Source: an uncultured Candidatus Saccharibacteria bacterium
GTDB taxonomy: Bacteria > Patescibacteriota > Saccharimonadia > Saccharimonadales > SZUA-47
NCBI GenBank assembly: GCA_964419675.1
Contig: CAYQPN010000002.1
Coordinates: 67,073 to 131,072, forward strand
Direction of reading: 5' to 3'
Length of the DNA: 64,000 nucleotides
This document shows, piece after piece, positions 7,872 through 16,840 of this stretch (the stretch's first letter is position 1; the number at the start of each line of letters is the position of its first letter). The notes under the pieces are model-generated. The model ran no database searches. It saw only the letters and a program-made list of their open reading frames with translations, and had not been told where the DNA came from. A program made the translations under genes and the position numbers.

Positions 7872-10552
7872 ATCTCGCCCCAGTTTTTGCCCATAGATAC
7901 ATCCACTTTCAGATTAACCCCTAAGTCTGGTTTAATGTTTTCCATCACACTCACCATCATTTTGCTAACCACACCCGCATCTTTTTCCAAACATTCAACC
8001 ATTATGCTGTCGTGAATTTGCATGATTTGGAAAGCACCTTTTGGCAGTTTTGGCTCAATGGCTGTCATAGACATTTTTGTTAAATCAGCGGCACTCCCTT
8101 GAATTGGCATGTTGATGGCTGCACGATATGCGCCTTCTCGGACCATGAAATTACTTGACTGCACATCTGGTGTTGGGCGTCTGCGCCCCATAACTGTCTC
8201 AACGTATCCCTTATTTTTAGCCTCATCACGGAATCTTTCTATCATTGCTTTCAAACTTGGGCGAACTTCAAAATATTTATCTATAAACTGCTTAGCCTCT
8301 GCGTAACTTATGCCTGTTCCCTCACTTAAACCGTGAACGCCTTGACCATACAAAATACCAAAGTTAACTGCCTTGGCGGCATAGCGCATTTCTTTGGTGA
8401 CTTCTTCTGGTTTCACACCTTGAATTAGGGCCGCTGTCTCCGTGTGAATATCACGATTCTCATTAAACGCTTTAATCATGGGCTGATCGCCTGACATTGC
8501 AGCTGCAATGCGCAGTTCAAACTGGCTGTAGTCAGCACTTATTAACACGTTGCCTTTTTCTGCTACGAATCCCTTGCGTATCTCTCGCCCTAACTCTGTC
8601 CTTACCGGTATATTTTGTAAGTTCGGATCAATGCTAGAAAGTCTACCGGTAGCCGCAATTGTTAAGTTCATTGTGCTGTGGATACGATCGTTTTCATCAA
8701 CCATTAAAGGCAGTGGGTCAACATAAGTACTCTTGAGTTTTGTGTATTCCCGGTATTTCTCAATCTCTTCAATAATAGGGTGCAGGCCCTTAAGTTTACC
8801 AAGCACGTTAGATGCAGTACTGTAGTGCCCTGCTTTTCCTTTTTTAGACGAGGCGACTGGTAAACTTAATGTTTCAAACAATATCTCCGATAATTGCGAA
8901 GGGCTTGAGATGTTAAATTCTTTGTCAGCGTAACCGTAAATTGTTTGCTCAACGTCACTAATTTGATCGCCAAGCTGGTCGGATAGCTTCGCAAAAAACT
9001 TGGGGTCAATCTTCATCCCTGCTCGCTCCAATCTGGCCAGAACCGGAATTACCGGCCAGTCAACTTGCTCTGATAATTTGATTAGACTCGTTACTTCGCT
9101 CATTTGTTCACCCTGATTTGTAGCAAGTGCTCTAATTACAGCAACGACTTCTGCTGATCTAGCCAATAGTTCATCATCATCTAGGTTTTCCAAATCAACT
9201 TGTATGCCAAGATCGCTTTCAATCAACTCACTTAATGACTGGTCCCGACGAAGCGCATCAATAATGAAAGCTCCTATCAAGCAGTCGTGGCCAACCCGTG
9301 GGAGTTTATCAACTTCAAGTTCTAAAAGTACCTTGAAACTATTTTTTAAATCATACCCAATAACAGATTGGAGGTTGAGAATTGGGGATTGGAGAAGCTC
9401 TATCGATATGTTCTTGCGAAGGTCTATTGCGTAACAAGTTTTTTCGTCTGCAAGTAACAAAACTGTCGGGTTTTTGCCGTGTTTACCGCTACTTCTGGCG
9501 TGTAGAACAACATCATCGTTACCGGTCAGCTTTATTTCTTTTAATTGTTTATCATTTGTGACTGATACGATATCTGGTTTTTTCAAATCATCAACGTGGT
9601 TTACTGTTCCCGAACTTTCACCCCCTGCTTCGTACTTCGTACTTTGTAGCTCACTAGATGTAACTTTCATAATCTCAGGAAGATTACGAAGTAGCGACCT
9701 AAACTCTAGCCTTTTTAGAATACTTTCGAGTTTATAAACATCGAGCTTTGCAACGTCCATTTCAGCCAAATCTAGCTCAATCGGGGCATCATCATACAAA
9801 CGAGCAACTTCTTTACTCATATAGGCAGACTGACGCCCTGCTTCCAATTTCTGGGCAATAGTGTGCTTAATTAAAGCCAGATTCTCATAGACCCCGTCAA
9901 GCGTTTTATATTCCCTGAGTAAATCTGAAGCTCCTTTTTCTCCAATGCCTGGCACCCCTGGTATATTGTCAGAACCATCCCCTTTTAGAGCCTTTGAATC
10001 CAAGAATTGATCAGTTGTAATCCCGTATTTTTGTTCAAAACTCTCAGGATCAAAACGCTCAATATTTGTTAAGCCTTTTTTCAAAGCATACATGTGAGTT
10101 AAGGGCCCAAGACACTGCAACATATCTAAATCACTACTAATTAGCATTGTTTCGATACCTTCTTCTGACGCCTTTTTAGCTAAACCGCACATTATGTCAT
10201 CAGCTTCATAATCATCAAGTTCATAAAGTGGCCAGTTAAATGCTTCTAAAACCTCATGTAAAATTGGAATTTGCGCATAAAAATCTGGTGGTGCGGGTTT
10301 ACGCCCCGCTTTATAATCTGGATAGATTGCTAACCGTTTACGGATGTTAGTTTTAGGCTTATCCCAAGCTACACATACATAATCTGGCTTTAGCCTTTTG
10401 ATTAGCTCTAAAGCCATCGCACAAAAACCGTATACCCCGCCCGTCGGCGTACCGTCTTTAGTAGATAAATTAGGCATGGCATAATAACCGCGGTAAAACA
10501 CCGACTTACCATCAATAATTGCTAGTTTCTTACGCTCTTTGACCTCTGGCAT
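7868..10552 (-). CDS. polA: DNA polymerase I
   Basis: 894 aa with an N-terminal 5'-nuclease region (GVYGF, DNIPGVPGIGEKGA). Pol A motifs are DYSQFELRI, KAVNFGILYG and QIHDSIMVE. Confidence 0.97.
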   Translation of the reverse strand: MPEVKERKKLAIIDGKSVFYRGYYAMPNLSTKDGTPTGGVYGFCAMALELIKRLKPDYVCVAWDKPKTNIRKRLAIYPDYKAGRKPAPPDFYAQIPILHEVLEAFNWPLYELDDYEADDIMCGLAKKASEEGIETMLISSDLDMLQCLGPLTHMYALKKGLTNIERFDPESFEQKYGITTDQFLDSKALKGDGSDNIPGVPGIGEKGASDLLREYKTLDGVYENLALIKHTIAQKLEAGRQSAYMSKEVARLYDDAPIELDLAEMDVAKLDVYKLESILKRLEFRSLLRNLPEIMKVTSSELQSTKYEAGGESSGTVNHVDDLKKPDIVSVTNDKQLKEIKLTGNDDVVLHARSSGKHGKNPTVLLLADEKTCYAIDLRKNISIELLQSPILNLQSVIGYDLKNSFKVLLELEVDKLPRVGHDCLIGAFIIDALRRDQSLSELIESDLGIQVDLENLDDDELLARSAEVVAVIRALATNQGEQMSEVTSLIKLSEQVDWPVIPVLARLERAGMKIDPKFFAKLSDQLGDQISDVEQTIYGYADKEFNISSPSQLSEILFETLSLPVASSKKGKAGHYSTASNVLGKLKGLHPIIEEIEKYREYTKLKSTYVDPLPLMVDENDRIHSTMNLTIAATGRLSSIDPNLQNIPVRTELGREIRKGFVAEKGNVLISADYSQFELRIAAAMSGDQPMIKAFNENRDIHTETAALIQGVKPEEVTKEMRYAAKAVNFGILYGQGVHGLSEGTGISYAEAKQFIDKYFEVRPSLKAMIERFRDEAKNKGYVETVMGRRRPTPDVQSSNFMVREGAYRAAINMPIQGSAADLTKMSMTAIEPKLPKGAFQIMQIHDSIMVECLEKDAGVVSKMMVSVMENIKPDLGVNLKVDVSMGKNWGEI

Positions 10553-10611
10553 AATATAAGTATAACTCTTCTCCTGGAAATATTGAGCTTAAGCGCTTAC
10601 AATAGGATTCA

Positions 10612-12660
10612 ATGAGTCATGTATTTGAGCTATTCATAAATAAAGACAAAGTTACAAAAGAAGACTTCCAGACCTTCTACACTACGCTGTCCGGATATAT
10701 GGGTGGTTTAAAAAAACTATGCTTTCACATATTACTAATAGATAAGCATGTAAGATATTTTGTGGCCTCTGATAGAGATTTAAGTGCCATCTCAAGCAAT
10801 GTTACATTCTGCGTACTGAAGCCTGCAGAGGAGAGCGTTGTTGAACTACCAAAACATAGTTCAAGAGAAAGGTTTATAAACTTCGTTAACGGCGGAAGTT
10901 TATTAAATTTACAGGAAAAAGTCTCTGTCAAAAGGGGTAAAAACTTGGAGCACTTCGTATGTGATGTTCGTCGGGTTACTTCAGGAACGGCAAAAGTTAC
11001 TATCAAACTGTATTTTAAAAATGCCGGGGGCGAATGGTCGCTATCTAAAAAATTAACCAACAAGTTTCCTGCTCATTTATTTGCCTTCGATTTTAATACA
11101 GCCAACAACTTTATGAAAAGCGAGATTCCAAAGTATTTAAACATTGAAAAAGTACTACACATGATAGTGTCAGAAAATATCAATGCACTTTTAGAAGTTA
11201 ACACTTTCCCTTATTTCCCAAAATCTTACTACCTACCCCTACCAGCATATGAATTCGATAAACACTCGATGATTGTAGGCGCATCAGGAAGCGGAAAATC
11301 TAAATTTATTGAATTATTCATCGACCGTTTAAATCGCCTACCTAGTAAAATTAACTACCGCGTAATCGTCATTGACCCCCATGCCAACTTAGCAAATGAC
11401 CTGCGGGGTATTGAAGGATCAAAAGTAATAGATTTTAACGGTGAAGCCACGGAACTATTTGCAGGAGCAGAGGCCGACATCACAGCGGCTACTGAGTTAA
11501 CGACCACACTTATGAAATCGCTTATGGGTGATAGTTTCAACCCAAGAGTAGAACGAGTTCTACGCTTTAGTTTGTTTGTCTTGTTTACAGCTCAACGCAT
11601 GTCGCTAGGTATGCTAAAGCGCTTCTTAACAGATTTGGAATTGAGACAACAAATACTTGATCATGTTGCGGGGCATGTTCCACAAAACATCAGCCAGTTC
11701 TTTGCAACGGACTTTAACGAGATACGAACTGCATTTTATAATGAGGGGTTATTACCGATCATCGCAATTGTTGACGAGCTTGAACTGCAGCCTGCTCTGC
11801 TGGCTGAAGGCGGAGTATCTCTCCAGCAAACCATCAATAGTAATTTTTTAACCGTATTTTCCCTCAACAAAGTTAGCATGGGTGAGAAAGTGGTAAAAAC
11901 TGTCGCCGGCTTACTTATCCAGCAAATTTTCTTACTTGCACAATCTCGAGCATTTAATGAACGCGTGCTACTGTTCATAGATGAGGTGTCTGTAGTCCAA
12001 AGCCCCGCTCTTGCCTCAATACTATCTGAGGCGCGTAAGTTTAATCTGTTTGTAATCCTTACTCAACAATACTTTTCACAAGTTGATAAATCATTACGTG
12101 ACTCTATTTTTGCAAACGTTTATAACTATTACTGTTTTAGGGTTGCCGAGGAAGATGCAGAGTTGTTAGTTGGTAACTTACCTATGGAGCTTCCGAAAGA
12201 AATGCTTCTGGACGCTAAATCTAAAGGAGTAAAAGAAGAAACTGTCAAAATGAGAATGCTAACAGACCTGCACCCGCGCGAGTGTATAGTGCGGGTATCT
12301 TCTAACGGGCTACTACTGCCCTGTTTTAAAGCGCGTACATTAGACGTTTCACATAACGTCGTGCAGACATTCGTTCGTGATGATTACAAGCTTCAGGAAT
12401 ATACAGGCACACCGGTTACGATAGATAAGTTTGTAGAAAAAGTAGAAAGCGTAATCAACGAAGAACAAGTTTATTCTCCTCAACCCGAACAAAATATTGT
12501 CTCTACGGGAGAGCCACCGCCTGGACCGCCAGGCTCTAATATCCCGCTTGGGATAGTAGAAATAGAGCCGGTAATAGAAAGCAGACCCTCTAGCTTAGAT
12601 GAAATAATGAATCAACAATCAACTAAAGATAACGAAAACGGAAGAAAGGAAATATCATGA
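10612..12660 (+). CDS. FtsK/HerA/VirB4-superfamily P-loop ATPase (DUF87-like) with unknown N-terminal domain and Pro-rich acidic tail
   Basis: Walker A VGASGSGKSKF (DNA about 11278-11304), RVIVIDPH, and Walker B/arginine region VLLFIDEVSV...EARKFNLFVILTQQ. No TM helices seen. Confidence 0.7.
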   Translation: MSHVFELFINKDKVTKEDFQTFYTTLSGYMGGLKKLCFHILLIDKHVRYFVASDRDLSAISSNVTFCVLKPAEESVVELPKHSSRERFINFVNGGSLLNLQEKVSVKRGKNLEHFVCDVRRVTSGTAKVTIKLYFKNAGGEWSLSKKLTNKFPAHLFAFDFNTANNFMKSEIPKYLNIEKVLHMIVSENINALLEVNTFPYFPKSYYLPLPAYEFDKHSMIVGASGSGKSKFIELFIDRLNRLPSKINYRVIVIDPHANLANDLRGIEGSKVIDFNGEATELFAGAEADITAATELTTTLMKSLMGDSFNPRVERVLRFSLFVLFTAQRMSLGMLKRFLTDLELRQQILDHVAGHVPQNISQFFATDFNEIRTAFYNEGLLPIIAIVDELELQPALLAEGGVSLQQTINSNFLTVFSLNKVSMGEKVVKTVAGLLIQQIFLLAQSRAFNERVLLFIDEVSVVQSPALASILSEARKFNLFVILTQQYFSQVDKSLRDSIFANVYNYYCFRVAEEDAELLVGNLPMELPKEMLLDAKSKGVKEETVKMRMLTDLHPRECIVRVSSNGLLLPCFKARTLDVSHNVVQTFVRDDYKLQEYTGTPVTIDKFVEKVESVINEEQVYSPQPEQNIVSTGEPPPGPPGSNIPLGIVEIEPVIESRPSSLDEIMNQQSTKDNENGRKEIS

Positions 12661-13349
12661 ACGACAATCAAGCAAAAGAAATCATAGACAAAATTATCGG
12701 TCAGATATTTGGATTACAAAATCCTTATACACTTGACCAGTTTGCCGCTAAGTTCGCTTTTGATATTCGCCTAACTTCAGAAGTATTTGATAGTACTACC
12801 GGTGAAAGTACTTGGGCTCAAAACACAAAGCACAATAAGTATGTCAAATTTGAGAGATTAATAACTTCAGATACTGACAGCATGGTCAGCAAGAAAGATG
12901 TTAACTCGATGGAAGATATATTGCACTACTGGCAAGAAACAAACTATACAGCAACCGAGCGCCACTTAAATTCAATGAATGTCGCAAAAAGTGATGCAAT
13001 CTATGGTTCTCAGAATATATATAGAAGTATTGACATACACGATTCTAAAAATGTAGTTTTCAGTGAAAGTAGCAATAATCTTGAATTTGCGGCAGCTATT
13101 CAGAGATCTAACAACTGTGTTTATTCTTTGAGAATCGACGACAGTAAAAAAGTTAGTAAGAGTTTTCAGGTTTCTTGGTCTGGAAACATATCTAATAGTT
13201 TCTTCATTAAAGATGCTAGCAATCTAGCAGACTGCATGTTCTGCTCGCAGATAACAGATAAGAGATTTTGCATTGCTAACATGCAATTTGAAGAAGCCGA
13301 ATACCGTAAATGGGAAAAAATCGTCAAAGCCTGGATACTAAGCAATTAA
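12657..13349 (+). CDS. Hypothetical protein with short Ser/Asn-rich repeats, translationally coupled to the ATPase
   Basis: ATGA stop/start overlap at 12657-12660. The C-terminal half shows a roughly 11-residue periodicity (GSQNIYRSIDI / DSKNVVFSESS / SNNCVYSLRID / DSKKVSKSFQV / GNISNSFFIKD / ASNLADCMFCS). No recognisable family. Confidence 0.6.
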   Translation: MNDNQAKEIIDKIIGQIFGLQNPYTLDQFAAKFAFDIRLTSEVFDSTTGESTWAQNTKHNKYVKFERLITSDTDSMVSKKDVNSMEDILHYWQETNYTATERHLNSMNVAKSDAIYGSQNIYRSIDIHDSKNVVFSESSNNLEFAAAIQRSNNCVYSLRIDDSKKVSKSFQVSWSGNISNSFFIKDASNLADCMFCSQITDKRFCIANMQFEEAEYRKWEKIVKAWILSN

Positions 13350-13352
13350 ACA

Positions 13353-13943
13353 CTAGCATTCTCGATGCGGTTTTAACGCATGTATGGCTAAATGACCTGC
13401 TGTATAGCTAGCAAACAGTAGGCCTCCCCACGTTGAAGCTCCATCAACCCCTGCTGATTCTAGGGTAATTGAACTTGCAAGCCCCCACGAAGCAGTCATA
13501 TCAACCTGCGCATGGTTTAGGCTTGCCATAGAAGCATTACTATGCTCGTGGAGTGAGTTAACTTGCTGATATGCATACGTGTTCCCACCTGCAATAGTTG
13601 TTGCACCTAATAAATTTATAAGATTCTTGTTAAAGTTGTCGTGTGGTATATTACCTGCTCTTATTTCAAGTCCGAGTCGATATGCAGTATATCCTGACAG
13701 CAAACTAGCCATTAACATACCTGTTTTTAGAAAACGTTTAAATATTTTCGTATCTTGGTCTACGGAGAATTTTTCAGATAGAAACCTTGAACCATGATTT
13801 CCTGTATCTGCTCCGTCGTGAATTATCTCTGATATATATGCCTCGTTTCCAGTAAGACCAAAAGCAACCAATGAAACAGTCACAAGCCCAAGATTTGCCA
13901 GCGTCGCATTACGAAGACGCTTTATGCGGTTTAATTTTTCCAC
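13353..13943 (-). CDS. Hypothetical membrane protein (His-rich)
   Basis: 196 aa with several hydrophobic segments and HDGADTGNH. No firm family assignment. Confidence 0.5.
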   Translation of the reverse strand: MEKLNRIKRLRNATLANLGLVTVSLVAFGLTGNEAYISEIIHDGADTGNHGSRFLSEKFSVDQDTKIFKRFLKTGMLMASLLSGYTAYRLGLEIRAGNIPHDNFNKNLINLLGATTIAGGNTYAYQQVNSLHEHSNASMASLNHAQVDMTASWGLASSITLESAGVDGASTWGGLLFASYTAGHLAIHALKPHREC

Positions 13944-13976
13944 TAATTTATAATAGTCTACCTTAGCTGGGTTAAC

Positions 13977-15059
13977 CTAAAGCGCTATTTCATTTACAAG
14001 TGCATCAAGAAATACTAATTGCCCACTATTACTTCGACCCAGTTTTTTTAAGGCCTCTGATGCCTGATTTGCTGAACGTTTTACTTCGTTCCTAGAATAT
14101 TCCTCTGCTCGACATTCTTTTATTAATCTTTTTAACTTGTTAAATTCTGATTTCGTAACTTTTTTATTTCCTAGCATTGTTTTTAAAAATCTGGAATCAT
14201 CATTATTAGAAAATTCGATAGCCTTAATAATTAATAGTGTTTTCTTGCCTTCTTTAATATCGTCATACGGACTTTTACCTGTAGATAGTTGATCTCCAAA
14301 TATTCCATCTATATCGTTTTGAATTTGAAACGCTCTGCCGGCGCTTAAAGCGAAATTTTCAAGTTTTTTTAGCTCTTTCTTGTTAGCCCCTGCCAAAATT
14401 CCGCCAAGTTGCAATGGGTTTAAGAACGTATAGTGGGCGGTTTTCAGTAACATCACCCTGTCTATATCTTCTTCAGTTACTTCTTCTACTACTTCATTAA
14501 AAATATCCAGTGATTGACCGTGGGAAGTTTTTATAAAATTATCATTAATATTACTAATTGCATCAATCTTACGCTGGGCTTCTATGGGCAAATTTGCAAT
14601 AACGTTAATTGCACTATGTACTCCAAATAAAAAACTATTAATCGTAAGGCTTATACCAAAATGCTCAGAGTCACCTTTTAGTTTTAGGCTAGCGTGATAT
14701 TTTTCTAGAAGCTTGTGAGCCGATGCTCCTCCGCGCCGAAGGTCTGAACGATCCTGTATGTCGTCTGCCATCAAAATGTAAGCCTGAAGCATTTCAATGA
14801 CTAGCCCGGCTTTTAGAGCTACATCTTCATCTTCCCCGCCAAACATATAATAGCTATTCATGGCCAAAACTCCTCGAAGCCGTCTGCCTCCGCGGGACAG
14901 AATTTCGCAATAAGTTTTTACTGCTTCGGCTGGTATATAACCATACTCTTTTTCAGTATTGGATATTATTCGCTTTGAGTATTTTAGTATTTCTTGATCT
15001 ATTTTGCTTTTATAACTAGCATACTCAATCCTAAATTCAGTGTTTTTCATGTTTGGCAC
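13977..15059 (-). CDS. Polyprenyl (geranylgeranyl-type) diphosphate synthase family protein
   Basis: First Asp-rich motif LMADDIQDRSDLRRG. The second motif region is FQIQNDIDGIFGD...GKSPYDDIKEGKKT, a non-canonical NDxDG in place of DDxxD. Confidence 0.85.
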   Translation of the reverse strand: MPNMKNTEFRIEYASYKSKIDQEILKYSKRIISNTEKEYGYIPAEAVKTYCEILSRGGRRLRGVLAMNSYYMFGGEDEDVALKAGLVIEMLQAYILMADDIQDRSDLRRGGASAHKLLEKYHASLKLKGDSEHFGISLTINSFLFGVHSAINVIANLPIEAQRKIDAISNINDNFIKTSHGQSLDIFNEVVEEVTEEDIDRVMLLKTAHYTFLNPLQLGGILAGANKKELKKLENFALSAGRAFQIQNDIDGIFGDQLSTGKSPYDDIKEGKKTLLIIKAIEFSNNDDSRFLKTMLGNKKVTKSEFNKLKRLIKECRAEEYSRNEVKRSANQASEALKKLGRSNSGQLVFLDALVNEIAL

Positions 15060-15660
15060 TTAAAAATTCTTTGAGCTTATTTATTGCCGTTTTTTGGAAT
15101 TGCTCAATACTATTTTGGTCATTAATAATTACTAAATCAGCCATTTCCTTCATAGCGGTCAAATTCTGTACATTCTTGTCTGCTGGATCTACATCAATTT
15201 CAGAACGTTCTGTTTCAATGAATTCTTGGAATGTTTTACCTTTTTCATTTGCGTCTCTCCCTCTAGCTAGAGAGCGTTTGTAGCGCACCATAGGATCAGC
15301 GTCTACAAAAACTACAATTCCCCCAAGTTCTTTAACTTTTTCGGCTTCTCCGATTGCTCGAATGGCGCTAGCAACGTAGCCTCCAGGAAATTTTTCTTTT
15401 TCTGCTAGCCAATCATCGTGTACTGCCTGGACTAGAAACCCGGGACCTCGCTCGGCGCGCATATTATTTATATACGGATCATTTCGTAAAAGTAGCGCTT
15501 GAGGGGTATCGCCAAATTCACGTTTTTTCATTAATCGAATCATGTCACTGGTAGACATATGTAAAAAACCATATTTAGCAGAAAGTACATCGCCAAGACT
15601 GTCTTTCCCGGCGTTTAGAGTACCCGCTAACCCAATATAAATTGGCTTATCAATTAACAT
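15037..15660 (-). CDS. P-loop nucleotide/nucleoside kinase-like protein
   Basis: N-terminal P-loop IGLAGTLNAGKDS. Size and layout resemble small NMP or dephospho-CoA kinase-like proteins. The substrate is unknown. Confidence 0.55.
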   Translation of the reverse strand: MLIDKPIYIGLAGTLNAGKDSLGDVLSAKYGFLHMSTSDMIRLMKKREFGDTPQALLLRNDPYINNMRAERGPGFLVQAVHDDWLAEKEKFPGGYVASAIRAIGEAEKVKELGGIVVFVDADPMVRYKRSLARGRDANEKGKTFQEFIETERSEIDVDPADKNVQNLTAMKEMADLVIINDQNSIEQFQKTAINKLKEFLSAKHEKH

Positions 15661-15664
15661 ACTC

Positions 15665-16798
15665 TTATTTTAAGTAGTCCATAAGTTTTTTGCTATCTTT
15701 GTGCTTTTTTAGTTTGGCAAGAGCTTTGGCTTCAATCTGGCGGATACGCTCACGAGTGACTGAAAATTCTTGCCCAACTTCTTCAAGTGTGTGGTTCTTG
15801 CCATCTTCTAGCCCAAACCTAAGCCGTAGAATTTTCTGCTCACGTTCACTTAGAGACGAAAGTAGGTCTTTTACGTGTTCTTTCAAAAGCTGACCTGTTG
15901 CCGACTCTTCAGGGGTTGCGGTGTCTTCGTCCTCGATAAAATCGCCTAAAACCGAGTCTTCTTCATCATCACGAACACTAGCATCTAGTGAACTAATATC
16001 TTGTTTGATTTTCATAATGTGCTCAACTTTTTCCACGTCTAGCTCCATGGCTTCTGCAATTTCTTCGTTTGTCGGCTCTCGGTTCAAATCCTGTGTTAAT
16101 CGACGTTGTGTTCTGAGTAGTTTATTGATTGTTTCAACCATGTGCACCGGAATACGAATTGTGCGAGCTTGGTCGGCGATAGCACGCGTGATGGCCTGTC
16201 TAATCCACCACGTAGCGTAAGTCGAAAACTTAAATCCTTTATCCGGGTCGAATTTTTCTACAGCCCTGAGTAAACCTGTATTCCCTTCCTGAATTAAATC
16301 AAGGAGGTCAAGCCCACGCCCTACATAACGTTTTGCGATCGAAACAACTAAACGCATATTTGCTTCAGCCATTTTGTCTTTAGCCCGTTTTTCCCCGGCT
16401 ACAACTCTGTGAGCTAGTGCTAGTTCTTCCTCAGATGTCAAAAGAGGTATCTTACCAATTTCGCGCAAGTAAAGACGAACTGAATCGTCAGCAACGTCAT
16501 CAAGATAACGCGTATCTTGTATAATTATTTCTTCATCATCTTCTTCTTCATCGGCCCAAGCATCTTTAGTACTGTTTCCAACAGGTACACCTGGGGCAGT
16601 AATTGCAATGTTTGCATCTGCAAGTTCTTCGTATAGCGCATCCAAAGCATCTATATTTTCAGGAGTTTCGGGCAATTCTTTAAGAATATATTTTTGGTCT
16701 ATCTTGCCATCCTTTTTTGCTTGGTCAAATAGTTCTTTAACTATATCTTCAACACTTTTATCGTCTTTATCTTCTTTAGGTGCTGGCTTTTTTGGCAT
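15665..16798 (-). CDS. rpoD: RNA polymerase primary sigma factor
   Basis: Regions 2-4 are recognisable: [62 protein letters not shown]. Confidence 0.95.
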   Translation of the reverse strand: MPKKPAPKEDKDDKSVEDIVKELFDQAKKDGKIDQKYILKELPETPENIDALDALYEELADANIAITAPGVPVGNSTKDAWADEEEDDEEIIIQDTRYLDDVADDSVRLYLREIGKIPLLTSEEELALAHRVVAGEKRAKDKMAEANMRLVVSIAKRYVGRGLDLLDLIQEGNTGLLRAVEKFDPDKGFKFSTYATWWIRQAITRAIADQARTIRIPVHMVETINKLLRTQRRLTQDLNREPTNEEIAEAMELDVEKVEHIMKIKQDISSLDASVRDDEEDSVLGDFIEDEDTATPEESATGQLLKEHVKDLLSSLSEREQKILRLRFGLEDGKNHTLEEVGQEFSVTRERIRQIEAKALAKLKKHKDSKKLMDYLK

Positions 16799-16840
16799 AA
16801 TGTTTCTAGCTATTGCCCTTCCGTAAAATTATTTTAATTA

